DNA from: Candidatus Omnitrophota bacterium
GTDB taxonomy: Bacteria; Omnitrophota; Gorgyraeia; Duberdicusellales; 4484-171
Direction of reading: 5' to 3'
DNA: 64,000 nt
Assembly: GCA_003154195.1 (NCBI GenBank)
Contig: PMCS01000008.1
Span: 143,366-207,365 of the forward strand
Under the pieces are notes generated by a model. It saw nothing but the letters and a program-made list of their open reading frames with translations. It was not told the origin of the DNA and did no database searches. Every line of letters starts with the position of its first letter. Positions within the stretch are counted from its first letter, which is position 1. A program made the translations under genes and the position numbers. Below, in pieces: positions 38,669-46,728 of the stretch.

Positions 38669-39115
38669 TCATACCGCGACTTTCACCACTACCTTACGCA
38701 CCGCGCCATTACCGGCGAGCGGGGCGTGAGCATCTTCGGGAAAAAATATGACGAATCTACCGGACGTAAGGGCGAACCAGGCCTGCGGCGTATCTTTTAA
38801 TATGCCGAAATCTTTTTTCTTATTATATTTCTGGTCCACGCTGAAGCAATCCGCCAACGACAACCAACCGATAACATCCACGCCGCTTACGCAGTATTGG
38901 ATATCGATGAATTTACGGTGAAATTCTAATTTAGAATCATCCTTCCCTCTTCCATTCGAAACCGCAACCGTGGCAAAAAGTTTTTTCCCGTTTAATTCAT
39001 ATTTGCCGTCTTTTAACTCGCGGGGGTTACTTTTACATAAAAAGGCAAACGCTTCCTTGAAGGCAGGATGCAAGGCGTAATAAATTTTAGCGTTTTCTAA
39101 GGTATCAATGATCAT
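38669..39115 (-). CDS. YhcH/YjgK/YiaL (DUF386, EbgC-like) family protein
   Basis: 148 aa; FHRKFIDIQYC...FFPEDAHAP...VRKVVVKV parallels the EbgC/YhcH beta-sandwich family motifs. Confidence 0.55.
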   Translation of the reverse strand: MIIDTLENAKIYYALHPAFKEAFAFLCKSNPRELKDGKYELNGKKLFATVAVSNGRGKDDSKLEFHRKFIDIQYCVSGVDVIGWLSLADCFSVDQKYNKKKDFGILKDTPQAWFALTSGRFVIFFPEDAHAPLAGNGAVRKVVVKVAV

Positions 39116-39129
39116 AGCCTATCCTTCAC

Positions 39130-39327
39130 TCATTGCGTTAACTCTCTTATTTTCTCCTCAATCATCTTAACATGTTTTTCCTCTTCGTTGATTAAGGAAC
39201 CTAACAAATCGCCAATGGAAGAATGTTCGAGCGCCAATCTTCGATATAATTTAACCGACGCTTTTTCCTTACTTAAAGCCAATTCCAATGCTTCCAGGGG
39301 TATCATAACGCCTCCTTTTAGAAACAA
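39130..39327 (-). CDS. small (65 aa) ferritin/rubrerythrin-like helical protein
   Basis: ALELALSKEKASVKLYRRLALEH...EEEKHVKMIEEKI: E...H / E..H spacing reminiscent of half a diiron four-helix bundle. Weak call. Confidence 0.3.
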   Translation of the reverse strand: MFLKGGVMIPLEALELALSKEKASVKLYRRLALEHSSIGDLLGSLINEEEKHVKMIEEKIRELTQ

Positions 39328-39362
39328 AAACTTTGGTCCACAGATATTTTTTTATTTATGGC

Positions 39363-40376
39363 TTATCCCTGAATGCTTGCCATATGTTCACACCCGGACG
39401 AACGAAACTCGCCGATAAAACCGTCCATTTCTTGTTTAGTCTTGGCCAGAAACGCCCGCATCCGCAACGGCCTTACCCGGGAAAACCCCTTGGTATACCA
39501 GCCGAAGAATTTGCGAAAATGCAAAACCCCCCGCGCTTCGCCGTAAAGTTCGACATTCATTCCCAAATGCCGTTCCATAATCCCGGCGACAACTTCCAGC
39601 GCCGGCCGTTCTGGTAGAATCCCGGTTCGGCAAAATTCTTCGATTTCCTTAAAAATCCAGGGATTACCCGTGGCGCCGCGCGCCACCATCACCACGTCAC
39701 AGCCGGTCTCATCGAACATCCTTTTGGTTAACCGGCCGCTTAGTATATCCCCGCTGGCGATCACCGGGATTGTTAAAGATTTTTTAACTTTCGCGATAAT
39801 ATCATAATCGACCGCGCCGCTATATCCCTGTTTTCGCGTCCGGCCATGGACCGAAACCGCAGCCACGCCGCAATCCTGGGCCAGCTTGGCTATCTCTACC
39901 GCGTTTATCGAGGAACTATCCCAGCCGGCGCGAATCTTAACGGTTACCGGAACGGTTGAACGGGCAACCATAGAAGTAAGCAATTCCTTTAATTTATCAG
40001 GTTGGCGCATCAACCCTGAACCCGCACCGGATCGGATAACTTTCTTTACCGGGCAAGCAGCGTTTAAATCAAGAATATCAAATTTATAACCGGCCAGACA
40101 GTCAATCGCGCGCGCGATAATATCCGGCTCGTGGGTAAGCAGTTGTATCCCTAACGGCTGGTCAGCCGCGCAAGACTTAAGGATTATCTGCGCTTCGTTA
40201 CTCTTATAGCAAAGCGACCGGCCGCTGATCATCTCAGTAAACGCGAATGCGCATCCGGCCTCCCGGCTGACCAGCCGGAACGGCAGGTCGCTCACTCCCG
40301 ATAAAGGAGCAAGGATGTAAGGTTTTTCTAAGGTGAATTTTCCTATTTTAACCATATAAAAACTTTTTTTGTCCAC
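39363..40376 (-). CDS. dusB: tRNA-dihydrouridine synthase
   Basis: 337 aa; LAPLSGVSDLPFRLVSREAGCAFAFTEMISG, NAACP, HGRTRKQ, GNPWIF, the canonical Dus motifs. Confidence 0.85.
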   Translation of the reverse strand: MDKKSFYMVKIGKFTLEKPYILAPLSGVSDLPFRLVSREAGCAFAFTEMISGRSLCYKSNEAQIILKSCAADQPLGIQLLTHEPDIIARAIDCLAGYKFDILDLNAACPVKKVIRSGAGSGLMRQPDKLKELLTSMVARSTVPVTVKIRAGWDSSSINAVEIAKLAQDCGVAAVSVHGRTRKQGYSGAVDYDIIAKVKKSLTIPVIASGDILSGRLTKRMFDETGCDVVMVARGATGNPWIFKEIEEFCRTGILPERPALEVVAGIMERHLGMNVELYGEARGVLHFRKFFGWYTKGFSRVRPLRMRAFLAKTKQEMDGFIGEFRSSGCEHMASIQG

Positions 40377-40499
40377 AGATTGCTCAGATTAGAAAATATG
40401 GAATCAAGCTCGAAACAAAATAGAATATCGGTATTTTCGCAATCTATTAGTTTATATTTTTCCCACAAAATCTGTGAAAATCTGCGTAATCTGTGGACC
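40361..40499. repeat. family C intergenic element, copy 2
   Basis: ataaaaactttttttgtccacagattgctcagattag ... atctgtgaaaatctgcgtaatctgtggacc. Confidence 0.65.
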
Positions 40500-40520
40500 G
40501 ATTATTCTTTGGTTAAAATT

Positions 40521-41048
40521 TTATTTCCAAAAAGTATGCCCTTCCAAAAATAAAAAACTCAACGCACAGATTGTCTTAGCATCGATAATTTCCCCGCTTC
40601 GCAACATCTGTGCTATATCTTCGCGGTCGAAAATCTCCTCGCTAATTACTTCGTCGGCCATCGCTTTTTTAGTTACTTTCGCCAGCCGCGTCGCTTTATA
40701 AATGATTATCCGCTCGGTGGAATAACCCGGCACCGGCACAATTTCCTGGATTTTTTCTAACTTCCCCGCCTTATAGCCGGTTTCCTCGATAATCTCCCGT
40801 CTGGCGCAATCAACGGGCTTCTCGCCTTTTTCCAAAGTGCCGGCGGGAAATTCCCAGATATACTTATTAATCGCGGCGCGGAACTGGCGGATCAATAAAA
40901 TCCTGCCATCGTCAAAAATCGGGACAATCAAAACCGCGCCGGGGTGCTTGATGATTTCCACCTTAACGTCAAAACCGTTAGGCAGGGTCATTTCCTTGAC
41001 AAATACCTTAAGTAATTTACCGTTATAGACTTGTTTTTCTTTTTTCAT
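40521..41048 (-). CDS. NUDIX hydrolase (ADP-ribose pyrophosphatase-like)
   Basis: 175 aa; Nudix box GTLEKGEKPVDCARREIIEETG. Confidence 0.8.
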   Translation of the reverse strand: MKKEKQVYNGKLLKVFVKEMTLPNGFDVKVEIIKHPGAVLIVPIFDDGRILLIRQFRAAINKYIWEFPAGTLEKGEKPVDCARREIIEETGYKAGKLEKIQEIVPVPGYSTERIIIYKATRLAKVTKKAMADEVISEEIFDREDIAQMLRSGEIIDAKTICALSFLFLEGHTFWK

Positions 41049-41065
41049 TTGAGCTCCTTACGATA

Positions 41066-41218
41066 CGCAGATGATCGCCGATTGAAAATCAACAGATGAT
41101 CACAGATAAAACTATTGAATGCCAAAATTTTCCATCTTTGACTCAATCGTATATCTCTCTTCGGTATTTTTATCAACGATCATCAGCATCTTCTAATCAG
41201 TGATCATCTGCGTTTAAT
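41066..41218. repeat. family B intergenic element, copy 4
   Basis: cgcagatgatcgccgattgaaaatcaacagatgatcacagataaaa ... caacgatcatcagcatcttctaatcagtgatcatctgcgttt. Overlaps the mnmG stop. Confidence 0.7.
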
Positions 41219-43030
41219 AAAACTATAAATAGCCAGAATCGCCGCTGGGGTGATGCCGCTGATCCTTAACGCCTCGGCTAATGTCCCCGGCTTGAACTTA
41301 GTTAATTTCTCCACCACCTCTTTAGACAACGAAGGCACTTTCGTGAAATCCATCTTAGGTATCTTTATCCGCTCCAGATGTTTCAATTCCGCCTGCCAGA
41401 CTTTTTCCCGGCGCAGAAAAGCTTCATATTTAACTTCTATCTCCGCCTCGATTTTAACCTGCCCATCGGCTTTGCCGAGGGGCGAGCCGCTGATATTTTT
41501 ATCCGCCAGGTCTTTTTCGATATTCTCGAAACTTATATTCGGCCGCTTTAAGATTTCCCGCAGGCTGATTTTTTTGCCTTCGAACGCTACCTTAACCACA
41601 GCCAATTCCGTAAGGGTTTTTTTAATCTCTTCCTGCCTGGCTAAAACTCTTTCATATTCGTTCTTATCGATAAGTTTTAATTTCAACGCTAACGGCGACA
41701 GCCGAAAAATCGCGTTGCTCTCCCGCACGGAAAGCCGGAATTCCGAACGCGAGGTAAACATCCGGTAAGGCTCATCCGTACCCTTCGCCGTTAAATCATC
41801 GATCAACACGCCGATAAACGCCTCTTCCCTTTTCAGCACTAAAGGCTTCTTGCCTTTTACCGCAAGAACAGCGTTAACCCCGGCGATAAAACCCTGGGCC
41901 GCGGCTTCTTCATAACCGGTAGTGCCGTTAACCTGGCCGGCAAAAAATAACCCGCCGACTTTTTTGGCTTCTAAATTCGCGTCAAGCTCTCGCGCGTCAA
42001 TCAGTCCGTGCTCGATGCCGTAACCCGGCCGCAACACCACCGCTTTTTCTAAACCCTCGATAGTATGAATAAAATCGATTTGCGCGTCCAACGGCAGGGA
42101 TGTGGAAATCCCGTTGGGATAGACTTCGTTAGTATCGCGGCCTTCCGGCTCGATAAAAATATGGTGGCCTTCCCGGTCGCCAAAGCGGACGATCTTATCC
42201 TCCAACGAGGGGCAATAACGCACGCCGTGCGCCTTGATTTTTCCCGTGTACAGCGGCGAACGGTTTAGATTCGCTAAAATTATCTTATGGGTCTTTTTAT
42301 TGGTGCGGGTAATATAACAACTTAACTGGTCTGTTAATATCTGCGAATTAGAAAAAGAAAACGGGATGACGTCGGTATCGGGAACCTGCTCCTGCATCTT
42401 TAAAAAATCGATACTGCGCTTATCCAACCGGGCGCAAGTACCGGTTTTAAAATGCTTAGTCGTAATCTTAAGTTTTCTGATGCTCTCAAAAAGTTCATCG
42501 CTCGATTCTTCGCCCAGCCTTCCCCCGCTGAAACTGTTCAACCCGATATGAATCGTACTTTTCAAAAAAGTCCCCGCACAAATGATTGCGGCCCCGGCCT
42601 CAATCATTTGTCCAAAATTTGTCTCGATGCCGACAAATTTCTTATTTTTGACAATAAGACATTTTACTTTGGCCTGGAGAATTGTAAGGTTTTTGGTATT
42701 TTCCAGAAATTCGCGGGCGATTTTCGGGTAAAGATACTTGTCCACCTGCACCCTTGTCGCCCAAACTGCCTTCCCCTTGGAGCGGTTCAAAAAGCGGTAA
42801 GCCACTGCGGCCTTGTCGGTGATCTTACCGATCAACCCGCCCAAGGCATCCACCTCCCGCACCAAATGGCCCTTAGATACGCCGCCTACGGCCGGGTTAC
42901 AAGAAAGCGCACCGATGCGGTCGATGTCGATAGTAAGGAGCAAAGTGGAACAGCCCAGCTTGGCGGAAGCGTGCGCGGCCTCAATCCCCGCATGCCCGGC
43001 GCCGATGACAATCACATCATATTTGGTCAT
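41204..43030 (-). CDS. mnmG: tRNA uridine-5-carboxymethylaminomethyl synthesis enzyme MnmG (GidA)
   Basis: 608 aa; YDVIVIGAGHAGIEAAHASAKLG FAD-binding N-terminus and full-length GidA architecture. Confidence 0.9.
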   Translation of the reverse strand: MTKYDVIVIGAGHAGIEAAHASAKLGCSTLLLTIDIDRIGALSCNPAVGGVSKGHLVREVDALGGLIGKITDKAAVAYRFLNRSKGKAVWATRVQVDKYLYPKIAREFLENTKNLTILQAKVKCLIVKNKKFVGIETNFGQMIEAGAAIICAGTFLKSTIHIGLNSFSGGRLGEESSDELFESIRKLKITTKHFKTGTCARLDKRSIDFLKMQEQVPDTDVIPFSFSNSQILTDQLSCYITRTNKKTHKIILANLNRSPLYTGKIKAHGVRYCPSLEDKIVRFGDREGHHIFIEPEGRDTNEVYPNGISTSLPLDAQIDFIHTIEGLEKAVVLRPGYGIEHGLIDARELDANLEAKKVGGLFFAGQVNGTTGYEEAAAQGFIAGVNAVLAVKGKKPLVLKREEAFIGVLIDDLTAKGTDEPYRMFTSRSEFRLSVRESNAIFRLSPLALKLKLIDKNEYERVLARQEEIKKTLTELAVVKVAFEGKKISLREILKRPNISFENIEKDLADKNISGSPLGKADGQVKIEAEIEVKYEAFLRREKVWQAELKHLERIKIPKMDFTKVPSLSKEVVEKLTKFKPGTLAEALRISGITPAAILAIYSFIKRR

Positions 43031-43086
43031 AATAAAATTTTAACCGCGAAGATAAGGAGATAAATAAAAGACAAAAACAATTTTTA

Positions 43087-43228
43087 CCACAGAGGACACA
43101 GAGCTCACAGAGGATACAAAAATAATTTCCTTTTCAAATATTTTTAATACTGGCCTAGGCCAATAAAAATCTTTTAAAAATTAGCATTTATCGCTTCTCT
43201 CTGTGTTCTCTGTGCGCTCTGTGGTGAG
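43087..43228. repeat. family D: inverted pair of CACAGAG(N2) nonamer arrays flanking a TGGCCTAGGCCA palindrome, upstream of mnmG and of the plus-strand islet
   Basis: ccacagaggacacagagctcacagagga (43087-43114) and tctctctgtgttctctgtgcgctctgtggtgag (43196-43228). The latter is near-identical to rc of 59692-59735 and homologous to rc of 57659-57696. Confidence 0.65.
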
Positions 43229-43295
43229 ATTTTTTAGTATTTATCGCTTTAATATTTGCCGTTATTATAGGGCAAAAGGGCCGAAATCACAAGGG

Positions 43296-43328
43296 ATAAA
43301 ATCTTTGTATTCCAATGGTTTTAAAGGT
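43296..43328 (+). promoter_or_regulatory. candidate sigma70 promoter TTGTAT-17-TATAAT for the plus-strand islet
   Basis: ttgtattccaatggttttaaaggtataat. Confidence 0.35.
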
Positions 43329-43428
43329 ATAATTTAGTTATACCTAGCCCGCTTCATTTCGAAAGACACGATACATAATTATTATCTTTGCGCGCTTTTC
43401 GCCTTTGCGGGAAAAATTTGGAGACGGT

Positions 43429-43725
43429 ATGGCCTTTGTCGAATGGCAAAATCATAGCATAGAATTTATCCCGGTTTTGTCGCACAAAACCCTCTGGATG
43501 GCGACAAAAAATGAGTTGCGGGTCGACGGCCGATTGCTGGCAACATCGGGCGGTTTTGTTTTCCGCAGTAAAGCCGAAGGCGAGTTTGAACACCGTAGCG
43601 AAAATGTTAAAATAGAAGTAAAAAGTCGTACTTACTGGGGAGCGTTTTTCGATATAAATTACGAAATCGTAATTAACGGGAAAACGATAAACAAAGCGAT
43701 CGCAAAATCAAAAATTCGCTGGTAA
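43429..43725 (+). CDS. hypothetical 98-aa protein
   Basis: Track ORF 43405..43725, trimmed to the Met at 43429 (GGAGA SD 5 nt upstream); MAFVEWQNHSIEFIPVLSHKTLW... No recognisable family. Confidence 0.45.
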   Translation: MAFVEWQNHSIEFIPVLSHKTLWMATKNELRVDGRLLATSGGFVFRSKAEGEFEHRSENVKIEVKSRTYWGAFFDINYEIVINGKTINKAIAKSKIRW

Positions 43726-43851
43726 AATCAGTCCGGCATTATATTCCATAAAAGAATATCCTGAATCGACTGAACTATCCGCCGCAAAACGAGTAACGCA
43801 TATTTTGTAAGACGGTTTAGCTCGTTGCTAAGCTAAGCTGCGGGAGCGCCT

Positions 43852-44532
43852 ATGAAAAAATCGAGCGCGGCGGTCATCGCGGTTTTATTACCCTGCCTGG
43901 CTTACGCGGCAATTGTCGCGCTGACGGAACAGGCTTCCGGGAACACCGGCACCACGCCGGGCAGAGAAAAACGAGCCGCTCTGGCGATTCGCGATAACGT
44001 AACGCCGTTCCAGAAGTGGGGTTCCCGGAATTTTACCCTGCCCTATCTCAACCGGTACTATGACGCCGCCTGGTATTTCACGCAAAGCGACACAAGAGAC
44101 TGCCGGCAGTTGTTTCTGGCGCGCCTCGACGAAGCTTTGAAACGGTATCCCCAAGTCGACCTCTTTATCCTCGCGCATGATAACCGATTAGTCACGTGGA
44201 TAGAAGGGCTGCCGGCGGAACAACGCGAACGCTTGCGCCTGGTGTATAATACCGGCTGCTATGACTTAAAGCAGGGCCCGTTGTGGTTAAGCCTGGGCGC
44301 CAAAGCTTACGTTGGGCATCCCGGGTACAGCGTTTCACCTGTTTTTTACTTCTATTTCCTGCGCCGGTGGACTCGCGGGATAAAGCTGGCTGACGCGATA
44401 GAGGAATCAAACGCCTTGATGCGGTTGATTATTACCCGGGCACAACTCTTCTCCTTCGGAAAATTGAAGATGGACAAAAAAATTCAAGAATCGGAGGCCT
44501 TTTGTTATGGCGACCGCGAACTACACCTCTAA
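43852..44532 (+). CDS. exported hypothetical protein (signal peptide), GC-rich
   Basis: 226 aa; MKKSSAAVIAVLLPCLAYAAIVAL signal-like N-terminus. By eye the GC content is higher than in neighbouring genes. No recognisable family. Confidence 0.5.
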   Translation: MKKSSAAVIAVLLPCLAYAAIVALTEQASGNTGTTPGREKRAALAIRDNVTPFQKWGSRNFTLPYLNRYYDAAWYFTQSDTRDCRQLFLARLDEALKRYPQVDLFILAHDNRLVTWIEGLPAEQRERLRLVYNTGCYDLKQGPLWLSLGAKAYVGHPGYSVSPVFYFYFLRRWTRGIKLADAIEESNALMRLIITRAQLFSFGKLKMDKKIQESEAFCYGDRELHL

Positions 44533-44872
44533 AACCACCGGCGGCAGGCAGAAGGACCGCCGATACCTGGTGATTCCCGCACTGGCCCTTTTATTTCAAC
44601 TAACGCCGGCGGTTATCATCGGGATAATCGCGAAATCGGCCTACGGGCAACCGCAATGGTTACCGGAAACGTGGGAACGGCCGATATCTCTTCTGGTGCT
44701 GGGGTATTCCGCCGCAATCAGCTGGCTGTTGGGAAGCATCGGCGCGTATAGACTCCTGGCCCACTGCCGTCCCCGGATTGCGCTATTGCTGATTATTGTT
44801 TGCTGCGTACCGGCGTTGCTCGCCGGAGCTGTTTACCTGCGCGCGTTACTTGTATTCCTGACGCTGGCGTAG
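44507..44872 (+). CDS. small integral membrane protein (3-4 TM)
   Basis: 121 aa, GC-rich, overlaps the upstream gene by 26 nt; hydrophobic stretches LVIPALALLFQLTPAVIIGIIA, ISLLVLGYSAAISWLLGSIGAY, IALLLIIVCCVPALLAGAVYL. Confidence 0.45.
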   Translation: MATANYTSKTTGGRQKDRRYLVIPALALLFQLTPAVIIGIIAKSAYGQPQWLPETWERPISLLVLGYSAAISWLLGSIGAYRLLAHCRPRIALLLIIVCCVPALLAGAVYLRALLVFLTLA

Positions 44873-44966
44873 TATTTTGCCAAAACCGGGAATACGCAGG
44901 GATATGAATGTTTTTAAACACTCATACAATTTTCATAATCTAAATGTTTATGATATAATCACAACA

Positions 44967-45464
44967 ATGGAAAACAAATATAAAAAATTATTTATAAAGA
45001 TTCAAATTCTTTTAATCTCGGCGGCGCTGGCGATACCCTCGTTAAGCTTTGCCGATAATCTCCGGACCTTTCTGGTCGGGCAAATTGCCGTAGAAAAAAC
45101 AACGAGGCAAGGCGGCGCAAATGAATTTTCCGGATTGGTAGGATCATTACGTTTCGATATCGAAGGAAAAGCGGTTTATATCGCGGAATTCTTTAAGCTA
45201 AATAAAAACATAACCGTAATCAACGGCATTTTTAAAATAACTAAATTAGAGCAATCCGCCGATATTATTGCTTTTGAATGTATTGACCAAAGTTTCCTGA
45301 CCAAGGGTGCGGAATGGACGGGAAAAATCTGGCTCGCGGGCACCGATGATGTAAAAATTGAAATGAACCAAAAACAATCTTCGCGCCAGTGGGTTAACTT
45401 AGGGGGGCGAGGAAAAAAGTTCCTTGAAGAAAACGGATTAAAACATTTATTTTTGGGAATCTAA
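44967..45464 (+). CDS. exported hypothetical protein (AT-rich gene)
   Basis: Track ORF 44877..45464; start moved to MENKYKKLFIKIQILLISAALAIPSLSFA (signal peptide), which is preceded by tgatataat. Confidence 0.5.
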   Translation: MENKYKKLFIKIQILLISAALAIPSLSFADNLRTFLVGQIAVEKTTRQGGANEFSGLVGSLRFDIEGKAVYIAEFFKLNKNITVINGIFKITKLEQSADIIAFECIDQSFLTKGAEWTGKIWLAGTDDVKIEMNQKQSSRQWVNLGGRGKKFLEENGLKHLFLGI

Positions 45465-45530
45465 TTCGGCAGAGCCGGAACCAAAACCGAGTTTCAATTA
45501 TACCGAATTAGATTAATGAAAACCTACAAT

Positions 45531-45599
45531 TTTTCCGCCAAGGCGAGACTTCGCCAAAAGTTTCCAACTTTTGGCGAGCAAACTTTCCCTCATATAAAA
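45531..45599. repeat. family A hairpin repeat, copy 2
   Basis: aatttttccgccaaggcgagacttcgccaaaagtttccaacttttggcgagcaaactttccc. Confidence 0.7.
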
Positions 45600-45710
45600 A
45601 CTAGTGCACTGTCAAATTAATTTTTACTGGTATCACTTCAGGAAAAATTAATTTCTACATGCACTTGTACCGCGTACCACTATTAACAATTAAGCTGACG
45701 CGGTACGAGG

Positions 45711-46457
45711 CTACTTCTTCGCGGTCTGTTTCGCTACCGCTTCAACCGCCTTCTTCAAAACCTCCGGATCACCCAGATAATAATGCTTAAGCGGTTTCAG
45801 ATTTTCATCGAGTTCATACACCAGAGGTATCCCCGTAGGTATATTAAGCTTAACGATTTCCTCTTCGCTCATATTATCGAGATACTTGACCAACGCGCGC
45901 AAACTGTTGCCGTGCGCGGCAATCAAAACGCGCTTACCGCCCTTGATAGACAGCGCGATTGTTTCATGCCAGTAAGGAAGGAATCTCGCCACGGTATCCT
46001 TCAAAGATTCGGCCAAGGGAATTTCTTCTTTTTTTAAACTTTTATAACGCGGGTCAAAAGCGGGCGAACGCTGGTCGCCGGTTTTTAGCGCCGGCGGCGG
46101 GACATCGTAGCTCCGGCGCCATTGTAACACCTGAGCCTCGCCGTACTTTTCCACCATTTCCATCTTATTAAGCCCCTGTAAACTGCCGTAATGGCGCTCA
46201 TTCAGGCGCCAGCTGTTGATAACGGGTATCCACATCAAATCCATATCTTCTAAAGTAAGCCAGAGGGTTTTAATCGCGCGCCTTAAAACCGAGGTATAAG
46301 CGATATCGAAAACAAATTTTTCTTTTTTTAAATCTTTGGCGGCACGGCGCGCCTCTTCAACTCCCTTAGGCGATAAATCGACGTCGGTCCAGCCGGTAAA
46401 ACGGTTTTCCAGATTCCACTGGCTCTCGCCGTGACGAAGTAAAACTAATTTATACAT
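45711..46457 (-). CDS. gpmA: 2,3-bisphosphoglycerate-dependent phosphoglycerate mutase
   Basis: 248 aa; [26 protein letters not shown] with catalytic His and the full dPGM fold motifs. Confidence 0.9.
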   Translation of the reverse strand: MYKLVLLRHGESQWNLENRFTGWTDVDLSPKGVEEARRAAKDLKKEKFVFDIAYTSVLRRAIKTLWLTLEDMDLMWIPVINSWRLNERHYGSLQGLNKMEMVEKYGEAQVLQWRRSYDVPPPALKTGDQRSPAFDPRYKSLKKEEIPLAESLKDTVARFLPYWHETIALSIKGGKRVLIAAHGNSLRALVKYLDNMSEEEIVKLNIPTGIPLVYELDENLKPLKHYYLGDPEVLKKAVEAVAKQTAKK

Positions 46458-46728
46458 GCTTCCTCCTCTCCTTGACTAAATTAATATCTCGAGAAACTTA
46501 AAAAAATAGACAGGATTAACAGATTCTACTCTGCCAATCCTGTCGGATTTTTATAATTTAGGATTAACCTGGAAAGTGTAGTTGGAGCGAGCAAAGAACC
46601 GTAAGATTTTGCAGCGAAAGGATTGACAAAAAACGTAGGCATACTCAAGGAGTATGTCGAGGCTTTTTGGCATTCCTTGCAGCGCAAAAGATTACGGCTA
46701 TTTGCCGCGAGCAACTGCATTTTTCAGG

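Noticed and set aside
40361-43230. Replication origin near mnmG (gidA) suggested by TTGTCCACA DnaA-box-like 9-mers
   Set aside because: There is no dnaA/dnaN in the window, and genes on both sides keep the same minus-strand orientation (no strand switch). The 9-mers are the conserved termini of a dispersed repeat family. Kept only as a low-probability idea in the findings.
46526-46720. 64-aa ORF between gpmA and nrdJ
   Set aside because: It sits in a terminator-rich intergenic region (hairpin GACAGGATT...AATCCTGTC flanked by A and T runs), has no SD and has poor composition.
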